Positions 50,001 through 62,797 of a stretch of DNA of 64,000 bases are shown here, piece by piece. The position numbers and the translations under genes are program-made. Origin of the DNA: Candidatus Latescibacterota bacterium (GTDB taxonomy: Bacteria; Latescibacterota; UBA2968; GCA-2709665); assembly GCA_965203805.1 (NCBI GenBank), contig OZ241917.1, forward strand, positions 96,001 to 160,000, read 5' to 3'. The notes under the pieces were generated by a model. That model made no database searches. It was not told where the DNA came from and was given only the letters and a program-made list of their open reading frames with translations. Every line of letters starts with the position of its first letter. The first letter of the stretch is position 1.

Positions 50001-51162
50001 TGTGCCATACGGCGCCGTGTTGAAAGTCGAGCACGAGCAGACGGTGGACGAGAGCCAGGTCCTGTATGAATGGGATCCCTACAACAATATAATTGTCTCC
50101 AACCGGCCGGGTGTCGTCGAATTCGTCGACCTCGTCGAAGGGATAACCTACCGCGAAGAGGCCGATGAGACCACGGGTCTGGCGGCACAGGTGGTCACCG
50201 AGCACCGCGACCGTACGCTCTCTCCGCGGATTCGCATTGTCGACGCCGAGGACAATGAAGTCGGCCATTACATTATTCCCGTAGGCGCTCGTCTCGTGGT
50301 GCACGACAAGGACCGGATCGGCGCCGGCGATACCCTGGCGAAGATCCCGCGCGAGCGCAGCAAGACGCGGGACATCACCGGCGGGCTGCCCCGCGTCGCG
50401 GAACTCTTCGAGGCGCGGCGCCCCAAGGATCCCGCCGTGGTCACGGAAATCGACGGTACAGTCAGTTTCGGAGGACTCGTTCGGGGTTCCAGGACCGTGA
50501 TTGTCACGTCCGACGACGGAGAAGAGCGGAAATATACGATTCCCTATGGAAAACACCTCCGGGTCCAGGAGAACGACCGGGTGCAGGCCGGCGAACAGCT
50601 TTCCGAAGGATCGGTGAATCCGCACGATATCCTGCAGATTCAGGGTATTCAGGCGGTGCAGGAATATCTGGTAAACGAGATCCAGGCCGTGTATCGCATG
50701 CAGGGTGTCCGGATCAACGACAAGCATATCGAATGCATTGTTCGCCAGATGCTGCAAAAGGTCCAGGTTACGGATCCAGGCGATACCAATTTCCTGGAAG
50801 GAGAAACGGTAGACCGCTTCCGCTTCCGCGACGAAAACGACAAGGTGATTGCCGAAGGCGGCGATCCGGCCACGTTCCATCCGGTGTTGCTGGGCATTAC
50901 AAGGGCCTCGCTGATGACCGACAGCTTTATTTCAGCCGCGTCGTTCCAGGAGACCACGCGCGTCTTGACGGAGGCATCCGTTCAGGGCAAGATGGACGGC
51001 CTGCTCGGATTAAAGGAAAACGTGATTATAGGGCACCTGATTCCAGCCGGTACCGGTTCGGAACGGTATCGCGAGGTCCAGGCGGTGTCTCTGGAGAAGG
51101 ATGCCGAGGAGGCCCCCGACGAGGGGCTCGAAAACGTCGGCCTTCCACCGATAAATGCTTGA
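47074..51162 (+). CDS. rpoC: RNA polymerase beta' subunit
   Basis: NADFDGDQM catalytic motif. Confidence 0.98.
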   Translation: MADINTSKRPTEFNSIRIQLASPETIRGWSRGEVTKPETINYRSFKPERDGLFCERIFGPVKDWECSCGKYKRIRYRGVVCDRCGVEVTQSKVRRERLGHIELAVPVTHIWFFKSLPSRMGYLLDITIRNLERIIYYESYVVLDPGDAPDLKYKDLLSEDEAFELEAKGYNFTADMGAVALRKLLSEIDVEELSAELRTQARMETSVQRKQEALKRLKVVEAFRQSDNHPSWMILDVVPVIPPDLRPLVPLEGGRFATSDLNDLYRRVINRNNRLKKLIEIKAPEVILRNEKRMLQEAVDALFDNGRRSRAVRGDGNRSLKSLSDLLKGKQGRFRQNLLGKRVDYSGRSVIVVDPNLRLHQCGLPKHMALELFKPFIIKKLEERGLVQTVKSAKKLVERERVEVWDILEDIIQDHYVLLNRAPTLHRLGIQAFQPVLVEGKAIRIHPLVCAAFNADFDGDQMAVHVPLSFEAQIEARILIMSANNMLKPADGSAVIVHNPQDIAMGCYYLTKIVQQPDGKQLKAFGSPNEALIAHDYGKIDLHEAIRVRVEGELLTTTVGQVIFNEILPDGMPFINQMVDKPVIQKVTTDVHRRFGNRATVEFADGLKRLGYDYATQSGVTVSMDDVVVPPRKQELIDRAKGEVDRIQQQHGHGVITEGERYNKVIDVWQHTTNNIAEMMNEALEHSEAGFNSIYIMKDSGARGSDDQVKQLGGMRGLMNKPQKKLTGAIGEIIETPIVASFKEGLSVLEYFISTHGARKGLADTALKTAEAGYLTRRMVDVAQDGVINEGDCGTIMGIELEALKEGEEVVEPLADRIVGRTLLEDVYDPIGGEIIVESGKLLDEATAARIADAGVERVNVRSVLTCEARRGICAKCYGRNLATGRLVDIGEAVGVIAAQSVGEPGTQLTLRTFHIGGTSSRIAEQAEIVAKRAGVVRFINIDCVTRSDGQRIAVGRNGEFEVQDDQGRPRGGHYYVPYGAVLKVEHEQTVDESQVLYEWDPYNNIIVSNRPGVVEFVDLVEGITYREEADETTGLAAQVVTEHRDRTLSPRIRIVDAEDNEVGHYIIPVGARLVVHDKDRIGAGDTLAKIPRERSKTRDITGGLPRVAELFEARRPKDPAVVTEIDGTVSFGGLVRGSRTVIVTSDDGEERKYTIPYGKHLRVQENDRVQAGEQLSEGSVNPHDILQIQGIQAVQEYLVNEIQAVYRMQGVRINDKHIECIVRQMLQKVQVTDPGDTNFLEGETVDRFRFRDENDKVIAEGGDPATFHPVLLGITRASLMTDSFISAASFQETTRVLTEASVQGKMDGLLGLKENVIIGHLIPAGTGSERYREVQAVSLEKDAEEAPDEGLENVGLPPINA

Positions 51163-51187
51163 CAAGTGGGCTTCAAATTGGTATAAT
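51159..51187 (+). promoter_or_regulatory. Consensus sigma70 promoter of the str operon
   Basis: TTGACA-17-TATAAT overlapping the rpoC stop. Confidence 0.85.
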
Positions 51188-51266
51188 GCGAGTCTATGGC
51201 CGAATTTGGCCGCGAACGGCAAACTCGACCGCACAGGTCCGGATGTGAACCATACAGGAGGTTGTT

Positions 51267-51638
51267 TTGCCCACCATCAACCAGCTGGTGCGCAAAGGGC
51301 GTAAGTTAAAGGCGAAGCGGTCGTCCGCCCCGGCATTGCGGGCATGTCCGCAGAAGCGGGGCGTCTGTACGAGGGTGTATACCACAACCCCCAAGAAACC
51401 GAACTCGGCTCTGCGTAAGGTTGCCCGCGTCCGCCTGACGAACGGGATGGAGGTCACAGCTTATATCCCTGGCGAAGGCCATAACCTTCAGGAACACTCA
51501 GTTGTGCTCATCCGGGGTGGCCGTGTACGGGATCTGCCGTCGGTCCGTTACCATATTGTCCGCGGCGTTCTGGACACGACCGGAGTCTCCGACCGAAAGC
51601 AGGGTCGGTCCAAATACGGTGCCAAGACACCTCAATAG
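51267..51638 (+). CDS. rpsL: 30S ribosomal protein S12
   Basis: [10 protein letters not shown]; TTG start. Confidence 0.98.
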   Translation: MPTINQLVRKGRKLKAKRSSAPALRACPQKRGVCTRVYTTTPKKPNSALRKVARVRLTNGMEVTAYIPGEGHNLQEHSVVLIRGGRVRDLPSVRYHIVRGVLDTTGVSDRKQGRSKYGAKTPQ

Positions 51639-51726
51639 GATTTGCGGGTTTTATGTAAGGGTTTGTTTCGGGGGATTACGCTGGAGTCGGCAGCAAACGG
51701 TGTGTCCCCCTTGTTTTGAGGGCGTT

Positions 51727-52194
51727 ATGAGAAAAAGGCGGGCCGAGAAGAGAGCGCTTTCACCCGATCCCAAGTACGGCAGCGTTCTGGTGACGCAGTT
51801 CGTAAACAGCCTGTTTCGGAAGGGCAAGAAGAGCATTGGCGAGAAGATACTGTATCGCGCACTGGACCTGATCGCCGAACGGTCGGACAAGACTGGTCTG
51901 GAAGTCTTCGAGCAGGCGGTCGAAAACGCCAAGCCGATCATTCAGGTGAAATCCCGGCGCGTGGGCGGCACGACCTACCAGGTGCCGGTGGAAGTACGGT
52001 CGGATGAGCGGCTCTCTCTATCGATAGGCTGGCTGATTACGTTCGCACGCGGGCGCGGCGAGAAAACCATGTCACAGAGGCTCGCGGGTGAATTGACGGA
52101 CGCGGCAAGCGGCCGCGGTCGGGCGATGCAGCGAAGAGAAGAAACACACCGCATGGCCGAGGCAAACCGTGCGTTCGCACACTATCGTTGGTAG
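51727..52194 (+). CDS. rpsG: 30S ribosomal protein S7
   Basis: SRRVGGTTYQVPVEV, MAEANRAFAHYRW. Confidence 0.97.
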   Translation: MRKRRAEKRALSPDPKYGSVLVTQFVNSLFRKGKKSIGEKILYRALDLIAERSDKTGLEVFEQAVENAKPIIQVKSRRVGGTTYQVPVEVRSDERLSLSIGWLITFARGRGEKTMSQRLAGELTDAASGRGRAMQRREETHRMAEANRAFAHYRW

Positions 52195-52200
52195 ACGAAT

Positions 52201-54270
52201 ATGTCACGTAGAGAACAACTGGAACGGATTCGCAACATCGGTATCATGGCGCATATCGATGCGGGTAAGACCACAACCAGCGAGCGGATTCTGTACTATA
52301 CAGGTCGGCTGCATCGCATGGGTGAGGTGCACGACGGCGCGGCGACAATGGACTGGATGGACCAGGAACGGGAGCGGGGAATCACCATCACGTCGGCTGC
52401 GACCACCTGTTTCTGGGACGGACACCGGATCAACATCATCGATACGCCCGGACACGTGGACTTTACGGCCGAGGTAGAGCGGTCACTCAGGGTTCTGGAC
52501 GGGGTTATCGGGATCTTTTGTGCCGTCGGCGGCGTGGAACCGCAATCGGAAACCGTCTGGCGGCAGGCGGATAAATACAGGGTACCCCGGATCGCCTTCG
52601 TCAACAAGATGGACAGGACGGGCGCCGACTTCTTCCGCGTACTTGAAATGATGAGGGAACGGCTGGCTTCGAATTTCGTGCCGGTGCAGATTCCCGTGGG
52701 CGCGGGCGAGTTATTCACCGGATTGATCGATCTGGTGAAGATGAAAATGGTTTCCTATCAGGAAGACACGCTGGGCACGGTCTTTACCGAAAGTGAAATT
52801 CCCCACGACCTGATGGACCGTGCGCAGTCCTATCGCGAGCAGATGCTCGAGGCGGTCTCGGATTTCGACGATTCGCTGATGGAGAAATTCCTTGAGGGCG
52901 AGCACATTGCCGAAGAAGAAATCCGGCAGGCGCTTCGTCTGGCAACCATCAATGTTCACGCCGTTCCCGTATTCTGCGGATCGGCTTTCAAGAACAAGGG
53001 TGTCCAGCGCTTGCTCGACGGCGTTCTGGACTATCTCCCTTCGCCCCTGGACGTTCCGGCGGTAGACGGGTTCGATCCGGATTCGGGCGTGGAGGTTACC
53101 CGGGCGCCTTCTCATGACGAACCGTTTTCAGCGCTTGCATTCAAAGTGAAGACCGATCCTTATGTGGGGCATCTGACCTATTTCAGGGTTTATTCGGGTT
53201 GTCTGAAAACCGGGTCGTACGTAAGGAATTCCAACAAGGGGAAACGGGAACGAATCGGCCGGGTTCTCCAGATGCACGCCAACAAGCGCGAGGAAATCGA
53301 TGAGGTCGTTACCGGAGAAATCGCAGCCGCCGTGGGATTGAAAGCGACGGCAACGGGGGAGACGCTCTGCGATATCGATCATCCGGTGATTCTGGAGTCG
53401 ATGGACTTCGCGAAACCGGTCGTGTCCGTGGCCATCGAGCCCAGGACAAAGGCCGACCAGGATCAGCTGGGGACGGCGCTGCGAAAGCTGTCCGAAGAGG
53501 ACCCCACGTTTCATGTCTCCACAGACGAAGACACCGGGCAGACGATCATTTCGGGTATGGGAGAACTGCACCTGGAGATCATCGTCGACCGCTTGATGCG
53601 GGAATTCCGTGTTGCCGCCAATGTGGGCAAGCCGCAGGTGACCTTTAAAGAGGCGATTCGCGAGACGGTGAAAGTCGAGGGGCGGTTCGTGCGGCAGACG
53701 GGCGGAAGGGGGCAATGGGGCCATGTCTGGCTGGAGATGGGGCCGAGCGAGCCGGGAAGCGGCCTTGTATTTGAGAACAAGGTCGTGGGAGGGTCCGTTC
53801 CGACCGAATATATCTCTGCTGTCAGGCAGGGTGTTCGGGAGGCCATGCAGTCCGGCGTTCTGGCCGGATACCCGGTGGAAGACGTAAAGGTTGTGCTTTA
53901 CGACGGATCGCACCACGACGTCGATTCTTCAGAGGTGGCGTTTAAGGTGGCCGCATCCATGGCGTTTAAAGACGGCGCCCGAAAAGCGGATCCGTACCTG
54001 ATGGAACCCCTGATGGATGTTGAGGTCGTCGTACCCGAAGAGTATATGGGCGATGTCATGGGCGATCTGAATGCCCGGCGCGGACACATCGTGGGCATTG
54101 TGAACCGTCCGGATGCCCAGGTGATCACGGCAATGGTCCCGCTAACCGAGATGTTCGGCTACGCCACGCGACTGCGTTCCCTGACCCAGGGGCGCGCGAT
54201 CTATTCAATGGAATTTTCAAGGTTCCAGGAAATTCCCAAAGCGCTTGCGCAGGAACTTACCGATAACTAG
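52201..54270 (+). CDS. fusA: Elongation factor G
   Basis: [24 protein letters not shown]. Confidence 0.98.
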   Translation: MSRREQLERIRNIGIMAHIDAGKTTTSERILYYTGRLHRMGEVHDGAATMDWMDQERERGITITSAATTCFWDGHRINIIDTPGHVDFTAEVERSLRVLDGVIGIFCAVGGVEPQSETVWRQADKYRVPRIAFVNKMDRTGADFFRVLEMMRERLASNFVPVQIPVGAGELFTGLIDLVKMKMVSYQEDTLGTVFTESEIPHDLMDRAQSYREQMLEAVSDFDDSLMEKFLEGEHIAEEEIRQALRLATINVHAVPVFCGSAFKNKGVQRLLDGVLDYLPSPLDVPAVDGFDPDSGVEVTRAPSHDEPFSALAFKVKTDPYVGHLTYFRVYSGCLKTGSYVRNSNKGKRERIGRVLQMHANKREEIDEVVTGEIAAAVGLKATATGETLCDIDHPVILESMDFAKPVVSVAIEPRTKADQDQLGTALRKLSEEDPTFHVSTDEDTGQTIISGMGELHLEIIVDRLMREFRVAANVGKPQVTFKEAIRETVKVEGRFVRQTGGRGQWGHVWLEMGPSEPGSGLVFENKVVGGSVPTEYISAVRQGVREAMQSGVLAGYPVEDVKVVLYDGSHHDVDSSEVAFKVAASMAFKDGARKADPYLMEPLMDVEVVVPEEYMGDVMGDLNARRGHIVGIVNRPDAQVITAMVPLTEMFGYATRLRSLTQGRAIYSMEFSRFQEIPKALAQELTDN

Positions 54271-54363
54271 CGATCGGGACGCCCGTTCCACGTTCACGGC
54301 GGGCAACCACAAGAGCCCAACAAATAGATTTGCGGGACGTTTTTTGCACAGGAGGAAGGTCAT

Positions 54364-55557
<1,194 letters not shown>

Positions 55558-55560
<3 letters not shown>

Positions 55561-55723
55561 TGTTCTGTCCCAAAAATACCTCACCATTCTTCCGCCGATT
55601 CATCCCGTCTCGCGGCGTTCCCTTCGCTCGCCGACCTGGCCAGGTCGCCTGCGCTCTGGCGCCTTGCGAGCCGGGCGACTCGACGGCCGAATTTAGGCAA
55701 CTTATTTCCGGGACAGAACACTA
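55558..55723 (+). mobile_element. MITE family B between tuf and rpsJ
   Basis: Perfect inverted ends TA-GTGTTCTGTCCC...GGGACAGAACAC-TA; homologous to 36561-36728. Confidence 0.85.
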
Positions 55724-55741
55724 GGTCCGACGGAGGGGCAG

Positions 55742-56050
55742 GTGCCAGCACAAAAAATTCGAATTCGGCTGAAGGCTTACGATCATTTCGCCCTTGATCG
55801 GTCCGTCGACGAGATCGTTCGAACAGCGAAACGGACAGGGGCCCTGATTTCCGGCCCCATTCCATTGCCCACCAAGCGTTCATTGTACACGGTCCTTCGG
55901 GGCCCGAATATCGACAAGAAATCGCGGGAGCAGTTCGAGACCCGGGTACATAAGCGCTTGATCGACATTCACAACTCGACGCCTCAGACGGTAGATGCAT
56001 TGATGAAATTGGATCTGCCGGCGGGGATCGACATCGAAATCAAGGCGTAG
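55742..56050 (+). CDS. rpsJ: 30S ribosomal protein S10
   Basis: [23 protein letters not shown]. Confidence 0.97.
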   Translation: MPAQKIRIRLKAYDHFALDRSVDEIVRTAKRTGALISGPIPLPTKRSLYTVLRGPNIDKKSREQFETRVHKRLIDIHNSTPQTVDALMKLDLPAGIDIEIKA

Positions 56051-56054
56051 TGAC

Positions 56055-56681
56055 GTGTTGGGATTGATCGGAAAGAAAATCGGGATGACCCAGGCCTACG
56101 ACCAGGACGACAACCTGGTCCCCATAACCGTGGTTGAGGCGGGGCCATGTCCGGTTGTACAGGTCAAGGAAGACGGATCGGATGGATACCGCGCCTTGAA
56201 GCTCGGCTTCGGCGTGACTTCAGAGCGGCGGCTTACTCGGCCGCACCTGGGCATTCTCAAGGATTCCGGCGCAGGCCCACTCCGCGTACTGAAGGAGTTC
56301 CGGGTAGCCGACACGTCGGAATTCGCGGTCGGCCAGATTCTCGATTCCGGTATATTCGAGCCCGGAGAATACGTCTCGGTAACCGGACGTACCAAAGGCA
56401 AGGGCTTTCAGGGCGGGGTCAAGAGGCACCATTTCAAGGGCGGTCCGAAAACACACGGGCAGTCCGACCGGCATCGGGCGCCCGGATCCATCGGTCAGAG
56501 TTCAGATCCCTCCCGGGTGTTCAAGGGGATGCGAATGGCGGGCCATATGGGCAATCGCCGGGAAACCGTGAAAGGGCTGAAGGTTGTCCGGGTGGACGCG
56601 GCGCGCAACCTGTTGCTGCTCAAAGGCGCGGTGCCCGGGCCCAACGGCGGCATCGTCAAGGTGCAGAAGCAGCGCAATTAA
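56055..56681 (+). CDS. rplC: 50S ribosomal protein L3
   Basis: GKKIGMTQ, KGKGFQG, RAPGSIG. Confidence 0.97.
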   Translation: MLGLIGKKIGMTQAYDQDDNLVPITVVEAGPCPVVQVKEDGSDGYRALKLGFGVTSERRLTRPHLGILKDSGAGPLRVLKEFRVADTSEFAVGQILDSGIFEPGEYVSVTGRTKGKGFQGGVKRHHFKGGPKTHGQSDRHRAPGSIGQSSDPSRVFKGMRMAGHMGNRRETVKGLKVVRVDAARNLLLLKGAVPGPNGGIVKVQKQRN

Positions 56682-56698
56682 CGGGAACCAATATTGAT

Positions 56699-57331
56699 AT
56701 GGCGTCAGTTGAGGTAACGAACCTCGAGGGCGAGGTCGTGGGAAGCGTCGACCTCCCGGAGACGATCTTCGGAATCGATCCGTCCCACCATGCCATTTAT
56801 CATACGGTCAAGATGTATCTGACCAATCAGCGCCAGGGCAACGCACACGCCAAGACCCGTGCGGAAGTCCGGCGCAGCAAGCGGAAGATGTACAGGCAAA
56901 AGGGAACCGGACGAGCGAGAGCCGGCACCGCGTCGTCCCCGATTCGGGTCGGCGGCGGGGTCGCTCACGGCCCCAGACCGCGGGAGCTGAGCGAGCGCGT
57001 CCCCAGGAAGGTGCGGCGCCTGGCGCTGAAGTCGGCGTTTTCACTGAAGGCTCCGGTCGGAGCGATCAAGGTGGTTGAAGACTTTACGTTCGATGCGCCC
57101 CGGACGAAGCGGATGGCGGGGATGACACAGGCCATCGAAGTGGACGATCGAAAGGTCCTGCTGCTCACGCCGGAAGCGGCGCCGAATATCCTGAAGTCAT
57201 GCCGGAACTTGTCCAACGTCCGGGTGGTGCCGGTCGCTCAGGTATCGACATACGATGTCGTCAACGCCGACGCGGTCGTCTTCACCCAGGAAGCCCTGGG
57301 AAGGCTGCAGTCCATCTGGGGGTCGGCATGA
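56699..57331 (+). CDS. rplD: 50S ribosomal protein L4
   Basis: RQKGTGRARAG, GGGVAHGP. Confidence 0.96.
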   Translation: MASVEVTNLEGEVVGSVDLPETIFGIDPSHHAIYHTVKMYLTNQRQGNAHAKTRAEVRRSKRKMYRQKGTGRARAGTASSPIRVGGGVAHGPRPRELSERVPRKVRRLALKSAFSLKAPVGAIKVVEDFTFDAPRTKRMAGMTQAIEVDDRKVLLLTPEAAPNILKSCRNLSNVRVVPVAQVSTYDVVNADAVVFTQEALGRLQSIWGSA

Positions 57332-57621
57332 AAAAAGACTTCAGAGAGATCATCCGAAGACCGCTGATCACGGAACGGGCTTCTGAGCTGCAGGAAGATC
57401 ACAACAAATTCGTGTTTGAAGTTCGGGTCGATGCCAACAAGCTGGAGATCAAAAGGGCCGCTGAAGCGATGTTCAATGTACGGGTGCTGAATGTCAATAC
57501 GTCTACCGTATCTGGAAAGCTGAAGAGAATGGGGCGGTTTCAGGGCCGTCGCGCCAGTTGGAAGAAGGCGATCATCACGCTTGCGGCTGGCGACGTCATT
57601 GACTTTTTTGGAGAATCCTGA
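57328..57621 (+). CDS. rplW: 50S ribosomal protein L23
   Basis: PLITE, ANKLEIK, WKKAIITL. Confidence 0.96.
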   Translation: MKKDFREIIRRPLITERASELQEDHNKFVFEVRVDANKLEIKRAAEAMFNVRVLNVNTSTVSGKLKRMGRFQGRRASWKKAIITLAAGDVIDFFGES

Positions 57622-57624
57622 TCG

Positions 57625-58455
57625 ATGCCTGTAAAAACGTTCCGACCGTTTACGCCCTCTCTGCGGTTCAAAACCGTCTCCTCGTTTGAGGAAATCACCC
57701 GTTCCGACCCCGAGAAGTCCCTGGTCGAGGCGAACAGGAAGAGCGGTGGCCGTAACAACATGGGCCGCATTACGAGCCGTCGTCGCGGCGGAGGCCATCG
57801 CCGGCACTACCGTATCATCGATTTCAAACGCAACAAACGAGGTGTTCCGGCAACGGTGAGGTCGATTGAATACGATCCGAATCGCTCAGCGCGAATTGCA
57901 CTGCTCCACTATGCCGACGGTGAGAAGCGGTATATTCTGGCGCCCGTGGGGCTGAACGTTGGCGTCCAGGTGGTATCCGGACCCGAGGCCGATGTGCGGC
58001 CCGGCAATGCGCTGCCTCTGGAGAACATCCCGCAGGGAACCCATGTTCACAACGTCGAATTACAGCCCGGCAAGGGAGGGCAGTTGGGCCGGTCGGCAGG
58101 ATCTGAAATCCAGATCATGGCCAAAGAAGGCAAGTTCGCGCAACTCCGCCTGCCTTCGGGCGAGGTGCGGCTTGTCCCGGTCACGTGTTACGCCACGGTG
58201 GGTCAGGTGGGGAATCAGGAGCACGAGAACGTCGTTCTGGGTAAGGCGGGGCGAGCCAGGTGGCTGGGGAGACGGCCGTCGGTGAGGGGCGTGGCGATGA
58301 ATCCTATCGATCACCCGCATGGCGGCGGAGAGGGACGCGCATCGGGCGGCGGGCATCCGGTAACGCCCTGGGGGGTGCCTACGAAGGGATACAAGACGAG
58401 AAAACGCAAGAAACAGTCCAACAAGCTTATCGTAAGAAGACAGAACCAGAGATAG
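57625..58455 (+). CDS. rplB: 50S ribosomal protein L2
   Basis: [21 protein letters not shown]. Confidence 0.98.
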   Translation: MPVKTFRPFTPSLRFKTVSSFEEITRSDPEKSLVEANRKSGGRNNMGRITSRRRGGGHRRHYRIIDFKRNKRGVPATVRSIEYDPNRSARIALLHYADGEKRYILAPVGLNVGVQVVSGPEADVRPGNALPLENIPQGTHVHNVELQPGKGGQLGRSAGSEIQIMAKEGKFAQLRLPSGEVRLVPVTCYATVGQVGNQEHENVVLGKAGRARWLGRRPSVRGVAMNPIDHPHGGGEGRASGGGHPVTPWGVPTKGYKTRKRKKQSNKLIVRRQNQR

Positions 58456-58476
58456 ATTTCCCCAGGCGAGGATTGA

Positions 58477-58764
58477 ATGGCACGGTCGCTCAAGAAAGGG
58501 CCCTACATCGACGCGGGTCTTCTGACGAAGATCGAGGGAATGAATAAGACGGGCAACAAGCGCGTGATTCAGACGTGGGCCCGCCGTTCGACCATTTCTC
58601 CCGAATTTGTGGGTCATACGCTCGCGGTGCACAACGGGAACAAGTTCATCCCCGTGTACATTACTGAAAACATGGTGGGCCACAAGCTGGGTGAATTTGC
58701 CCCTACAAGGACGTTTCGCGGACATTCGGGAAGCCTTACCGAGCGATCGACCGGGCTGAAATAG
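58477..58764 (+). CDS. rpsS: 30S ribosomal protein S19
   Basis: [18 protein letters not shown]. Confidence 0.97.
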   Translation: MARSLKKGPYIDAGLLTKIEGMNKTGNKRVIQTWARRSTISPEFVGHTLAVHNGNKFIPVYITENMVGHKLGEFAPTRTFRGHSGSLTERSTGLK

Positions 58765-58869
58765 TTCAGAAAACCCGTTCAGGCCGACGTCCGCTTGTCG
58801 ATGTTCGGCTTCGGGCCGGATGCAGCCCGGATGGATATTCTCAACGGGCTGTTCGGGTAAGGAAGGGAT

Positions 58870-59214
58870 TTGATGACGGCCAGGGCAGTCACCAGATATG
58901 TCAGGATTTCGCCCCGAAAAGCGCGTCAGGTGGTGGATCTTGTGCGCGGGAAAGGGGTTGAAGAAGCGTTTCATATCCTTCAGTTTACGCCCAAGAAGGC
59001 GGCCCGGATCGTAGAACGCACGTTGCGGTCGGCAGTAGCCAACGCCGCCAACAACGAGGCGTCCACGGTTCGGGAAGAAGACCTTTATGTTCAGGAAGCG
59101 TTCGTGAACGGCGCCATCGCGATGCGTCGCATTCGCCCCATGCCGCGTGGCGCCGCGGGATTTATTCGAAAGCGCTGCAGCCATATCACGCTGGTCGTAT
59201 CGGACGACGATTAG
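58870..59214 (+). CDS. rplV: 50S ribosomal protein L22
   Basis: [18 protein letters not shown]. Confidence 0.96.
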   Translation: MMTARAVTRYVRISPRKARQVVDLVRGKGVEEAFHILQFTPKKAARIVERTLRSAVANAANNEASTVREEDLYVQEAFVNGAIAMRRIRPMPRGAAGFIRKRCSHITLVVSDDD

Positions 59215-59232
59215 TCGTCGGGAGGATTACTC

Positions 59233-59889
59233 TTGGGTCAGAAAACACATCCAACCGGATTCCGACTGGGCATTGTAAAAGACTGGCGTTCCCGCTGGTT
59301 TGCCGGCAACGATTTTGCCGATCTGCTGAAGGAAGACCTGATGCTGCGACGTTACATCCACAGCAGACTCCAACGTGCGAGCGTGTCTCAGATCGAGATT
59401 GAACGCGCGCCGAAACGGGTGACCATTTCGGTGCATACCGCGCGTCCGGGTATCGTGATCGGCCGCAAAGGGCAGGAAGTGGACAAGCTCAGGGACGAAT
59501 TGAAACATATTACCGGCAAAGAGATTTATATAAATATCCAGGAAATCAAGCGTCCGGAACTGAATGCGCAACTGGTCGCAGACAACATCGCGCGCCAGCT
59601 GGAGCAGAGAGTTTCGTTCCGTCGGGCGATGAAAAAAGCGATTGCTTCGGCGATGCGCATGGGTGCAGACGGCATCAAGATTGTATGTGGCGGACGTCTG
59701 GGCGGTGCGGAGATGGCGCGGATCGAAAAATCGGAACCCGCCGGCAGAGTGCCGCTGCATACGCTCAGGGCTGATATAGACTATGCCACGTCCACCGCCT
59801 TTACAACTTCAGGTACGGTGGGGGTCAAGGTGTGGGTGTGCCATGGAGAGGTCGTGGATCGTGGCGCTCCGGGAGGGCCGGGTCAGTAA
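59233..59889 (+). CDS. rpsC: 30S ribosomal protein S3
   Basis: [23 protein letters not shown]. Confidence 0.97.
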   Translation: MGQKTHPTGFRLGIVKDWRSRWFAGNDFADLLKEDLMLRRYIHSRLQRASVSQIEIERAPKRVTISVHTARPGIVIGRKGQEVDKLRDELKHITGKEIYINIQEIKRPELNAQLVADNIARQLEQRVSFRRAMKKAIASAMRMGADGIKIVCGGRLGGAEMARIEKSEPAGRVPLHTLRADIDYATSTAFTTSGTVGVKVWVCHGEVVDRGAPGGPGQ

Positions 59890-59920
59890 GCCGAACCGGG
59901 TTTCGTAAGGATATGACTCG

Positions 59921-60340
59921 ATGTTAATGCCTAAGAGGGTCAAGTGGCGAAAACAGCAGCGCGGCCGCATGCGCGGCATGGCGCACCGGGGCAGCAGAAT
60001 CGCATTCGGGGAATTTGCGCTTCAGGCGCTCGAGCCGGCCTGGATAACCAGCCGGCAGATCGAAGCGGCGCGAGTGGCCATAACGCGCGCACTCGGCCGT
60101 GGAGGCAAGGTGTGGATCCGTCTGTTTCCCGACAAACCGGTTACCATTAAACCCGCCGAGACCCGGATGGGCAAGGGTAAAGGGAATCCGGAATACTGGG
60201 TGGCCGTCGTCAAACCGGGCAGGATTATGTTCGAAATCGATGGCGTCGAGCGGGAGAGCGCGCGGGAGGCCATGCGAAAGGCTGGCCACAAGATGCCCAT
60301 CAAGACCCGGTTTATCGAACGCGGAGAGAGTGAAGAATGA
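59921..60340 (+). CDS. rplP: 50S ribosomal protein L16
   Basis: [15 protein letters not shown]. Confidence 0.97.
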   Translation: MLMPKRVKWRKQQRGRMRGMAHRGSRIAFGEFALQALEPAWITSRQIEAARVAITRALGRGGKVWIRLFPDKPVTIKPAETRMGKGKGNPEYWVAVVKPGRIMFEIDGVERESAREAMRKAGHKMPIKTRFIERGESEE

Positions 60341-60570
60341 AAGCCAGCGAGATTCGTCAGATGACACCGGGCGAGGTTGACGAGTTGTTGGTCGACAGGC
60401 TTGAGGAGTTGTCCAATTTGAGAATTCAGCTTGTCACGCAGCAGCTCGACAATCCGCTTCAGGTCAAGTCCGTCCGACGGGATATCGCCCGGATCAGAAC
60501 GGTACAGCGGGAGCGCGCAGAGGAATCGAACGCTGCAACCGGCGGCTCCCGGGGATCGGAAGGAACTTAA
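60337..60570 (+). CDS. rpmC: 50S ribosomal protein L29
   Basis: [14 protein letters not shown]. Confidence 0.93.
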   Translation: MKASEIRQMTPGEVDELLVDRLEELSNLRIQLVTQQLDNPLQVKSVRRDIARIRTVQRERAEESNAATGGSRGSEGT

Positions 60571-60573
60571 GCC

Positions 60574-60840
60574 ATGGCACAAACCGCCGCGCGCGGCCGT
60601 CGCAAGACCCTTGTGGGCCGGGTGCTGAGCAATCAGGCCAACAAGACAATCGTCGTGGAAGTCACCTGGCGCACCCCCCATCCGCTTTACGGCAAGGTGG
60701 TGCGGCGCCGTTCGAAATTTGCCGCGCACGACGAAAATAACTCGGCAAATACCGGCGACACCGTATTGATTTGCGAAACCCGCCCGATCAGCAAGACCAA
60801 ACGATGGCGTCTGGCCGAGATTCTGGAAAAGGTTCAATAG
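60574..60840 (+). CDS. rpsQ: 30S ribosomal protein S17
   Basis: [23 protein letters not shown]. Confidence 0.96.
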   Translation: MAQTAARGRRKTLVGRVLSNQANKTIVVEVTWRTPHPLYGKVVRRRSKFAAHDENNSANTGDTVLICETRPISKTKRWRLAEILEKVQ

Positions 60841-60852
60841 GAGTATTGCAGG

Positions 60853-61221
60853 ATGGTTACGGAGCAGACGGTATTGAACTGCGCCGACAACAGCGGCGCC
60901 CGCAAGGTGATGTGCTTCCGGGTGCTGGGCGGTTCACGGAGAAGATACGCCGGTCTCGGCGATACGATCGTAGTCGCCGTGAAAGATGCCCAGCCCAACA
61001 GTGCCGTGAAAAAGGGAGAAGTTGCGCGGGCGGTTATTGTTCGGACCAGGAAGGAGGCGCGGCGCTCCGACGGTTCTTACATCCGGTTCGACGACAATGC
61101 CGCAGTGCTGATCAATGCGGAGGGCGAACCGCGGGCAACGCGCATCTTCGGACCGGTTGCGCGGGAACTGCGCGACAGGCGATTCATGCGAATTGTGTCT
61201 TTGGCGGCCGAAGTGGTCTGA
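60853..61221 (+). CDS. rplN: 50S ribosomal protein L14
   Basis: [25 protein letters not shown]. Confidence 0.97.
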   Translation: MVTEQTVLNCADNSGARKVMCFRVLGGSRRRYAGLGDTIVVAVKDAQPNSAVKKGEVARAVIVRTRKEARRSDGSYIRFDDNAAVLINAEGEPRATRIFGPVARELRDRRFMRIVSLAAEVV

Positions 61222-61245
61222 CGTTTCCGCAGCGAGGGGAGTCGA

Positions 61246-61578
61246 GTGGTGAAAGTTCATGTGCGCAAGGGAGATCAGGTCGAGGTCATCGGCGGGGTGG
61301 ATGCAGGGAGGAGAGGTCGCGTTCTGAAGGTTTTTCCCAGGAAAGCGCGGGCGCTGGTGGAGGGCATCAACTTCATAAAGCGGCATACCCGCCCCGGCCC
61401 CAAGAACCAGCAGGGCGGAATTATCGAAAAAGAGGCGCCTGTGCATATTTCCAGGCTGATGTTGATCGATCCTCAAACCGACGAGCCCACCCGGATTCGC
61501 CGGAAGAGACTGGAGAACGGCGAACGGATACGGCTCGCGATCAAGAGTGGCGAACAGATTTCCGAAGCGAGTTCATAA
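61246..61578 (+). CDS. rplX: 50S ribosomal protein L24
   Basis: KGDQV, VEGIN, EAPVHIS. Confidence 0.96.
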   Translation: MVKVHVRKGDQVEVIGGVDAGRRGRVLKVFPRKARALVEGINFIKRHTRPGPKNQQGGIIEKEAPVHISRLMLIDPQTDEPTRIRRKRLENGERIRLAIKSGEQISEASS

Positions 61579-61589
61579 GAGAGGGTTGA

Positions 61590-62144
61590 ATGGCTGCGCG
61601 GCTCCGAGAAATGTACAACAATGAGATCGTCCCGGCGATGGTCTCTCATTTCGTCTACAAGAACAGGATGCAGGTGCCAAGGCTCGAGAAGGTTGTCATG
61701 AACATGGGTCTGGGAGAGGCCGTCCAGAACCCGAAGGCGATCGACAGCGCCATTGCCGACCTGTCAACCATTTCGGGACAGCGACCTTCCATTCGCCGGG
61801 CCAAGAAGTCGGTCTCGAATTTCAAACTGCGCGAGGGCATGCCCGTCGGGTGCGCCGTTACGCTCCGACGCGATCGGATGTACGAATTCCTCGATCGTTT
61901 CTTCACCTTTGCCATACCCCGCACGCGCGACTTCAGAGGGTTGTCTCCCAATTCCTTCGACGGCCGTGGGAATTATACTGTGGGTGTCCGGGAGCAGATT
62001 ATCTTTCCGGAGATCAACTATGACCAGATTGACCAGATCCGTGGACTGGACGTGACCATCGTAACCACGGCCCGGACGGACGAAGAGGCATTTGAGTTGC
62101 TCAAGCGTTTTGGCATGCCGTTCCAGGCTGCCGAGGCGGCCTGA
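61590..62144 (+). CDS. rplE: 50S ribosomal protein L5
   Basis: [23 protein letters not shown]. Confidence 0.97.
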   Translation: MAARLREMYNNEIVPAMVSHFVYKNRMQVPRLEKVVMNMGLGEAVQNPKAIDSAIADLSTISGQRPSIRRAKKSVSNFKLREGMPVGCAVTLRRDRMYEFLDRFFTFAIPRTRDFRGLSPNSFDGRGNYTVGVREQIIFPEINYDQIDQIRGLDVTIVTTARTDEEAFELLKRFGMPFQAAEAA

Positions 62145-62166
62145 TTTCAAGAAAGCGAGCGTACTT

Positions 62167-62352
62167 GTGGCAAAAAAGACGTTGATTGTCAAGGCAAACA
62201 AGGAACCGAAGTTTGCCGTTCGCCGTTATAATCGTTGCCATCGTTGCGGACGCCCCAGGGGCTACATGAGGCAGTTCGGGATCTGCAGGATCTGCTTCAG
62301 AGAATTGGCGTTGCTGGGTGAGATTCCAGGGGTCGCGAAGGCGAGTTGGTAG
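62167..62352 (+). CDS. rpsN: 30S ribosomal protein S14 (Zn-binding type Z)
   Basis: RCHRCGRPR...GICRICFRE, 61 aa. Confidence 0.96.
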   Translation: MAKKTLIVKANKEPKFAVRRYNRCHRCGRPRGYMRQFGICRICFRELALLGEIPGVAKASW

Positions 62353-62383
62353 CAGTTGTGGCAGACAGGAGGCTGTAGACGCT

Positions 62384-62782
62384 ATGAGTATGAGCGATCC
62401 GGTTGCGGACATGCTGACCCGTATTCGGAATGCGGCCCGTGCAGGGCACCGCAAGGTAGACATTCCGGGTTCCCGGACAAAAGCTGAAATTGCCCGGATT
62501 ATGAAGACGAAGGGGTTTATCCACAATTACGCGTCCGTGGAAGACAACAGGCAGGGCTACATCCGGCTGTATCTCAGGTACAGCACGGACGACGAGAGCG
62601 CTATACAGGGATTGGAACGCATCAGCCGGCCGGGGCTGCGCCGGTACGTAGGAGCCGGCGAAATCCCCAGGGTACTCAACGGTCTCGGCGTGGCTGTACT
62701 GTCCACGTCGCGGGGAATTCTCACGGACAGCGAGGCTCGCACGGCCGGGGTCGGCGGCGAAGTCCTCTGCCACCTCTGGTAA
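62384..62782 (+). CDS. rpsH: 30S ribosomal protein S8
   Basis: DPVADMLTRIRNA, SRPGLRRY, STSRG. Confidence 0.97.
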   Translation: MSMSDPVADMLTRIRNAARAGHRKVDIPGSRTKAEIARIMKTKGFIHNYASVEDNRQGYIRLYLRYSTDDESAIQGLERISRPGLRRYVGAGEIPRVLNGLGVAVLSTSRGILTDSEARTAGVGGEVLCHLW

Positions 62783-62797
62783 ACGGGAGGATTCAAG

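Noticed and set aside
46945-50880. 1311-aa antisense ORF opposite rpoC, and many similar shadow ORFs (e.g. 4326-5990, 11844-13361, 28277-29725)
   Set aside because: Mirror frames of real genes in GC-rich DNA; no recognisable motifs
56147-56698. Apparent long N-terminal extensions on rplD, rpsG, potA and others in the ORF track
   Set aside because: Artefacts of choosing the furthest upstream start; homology and RBS positions support the later starts
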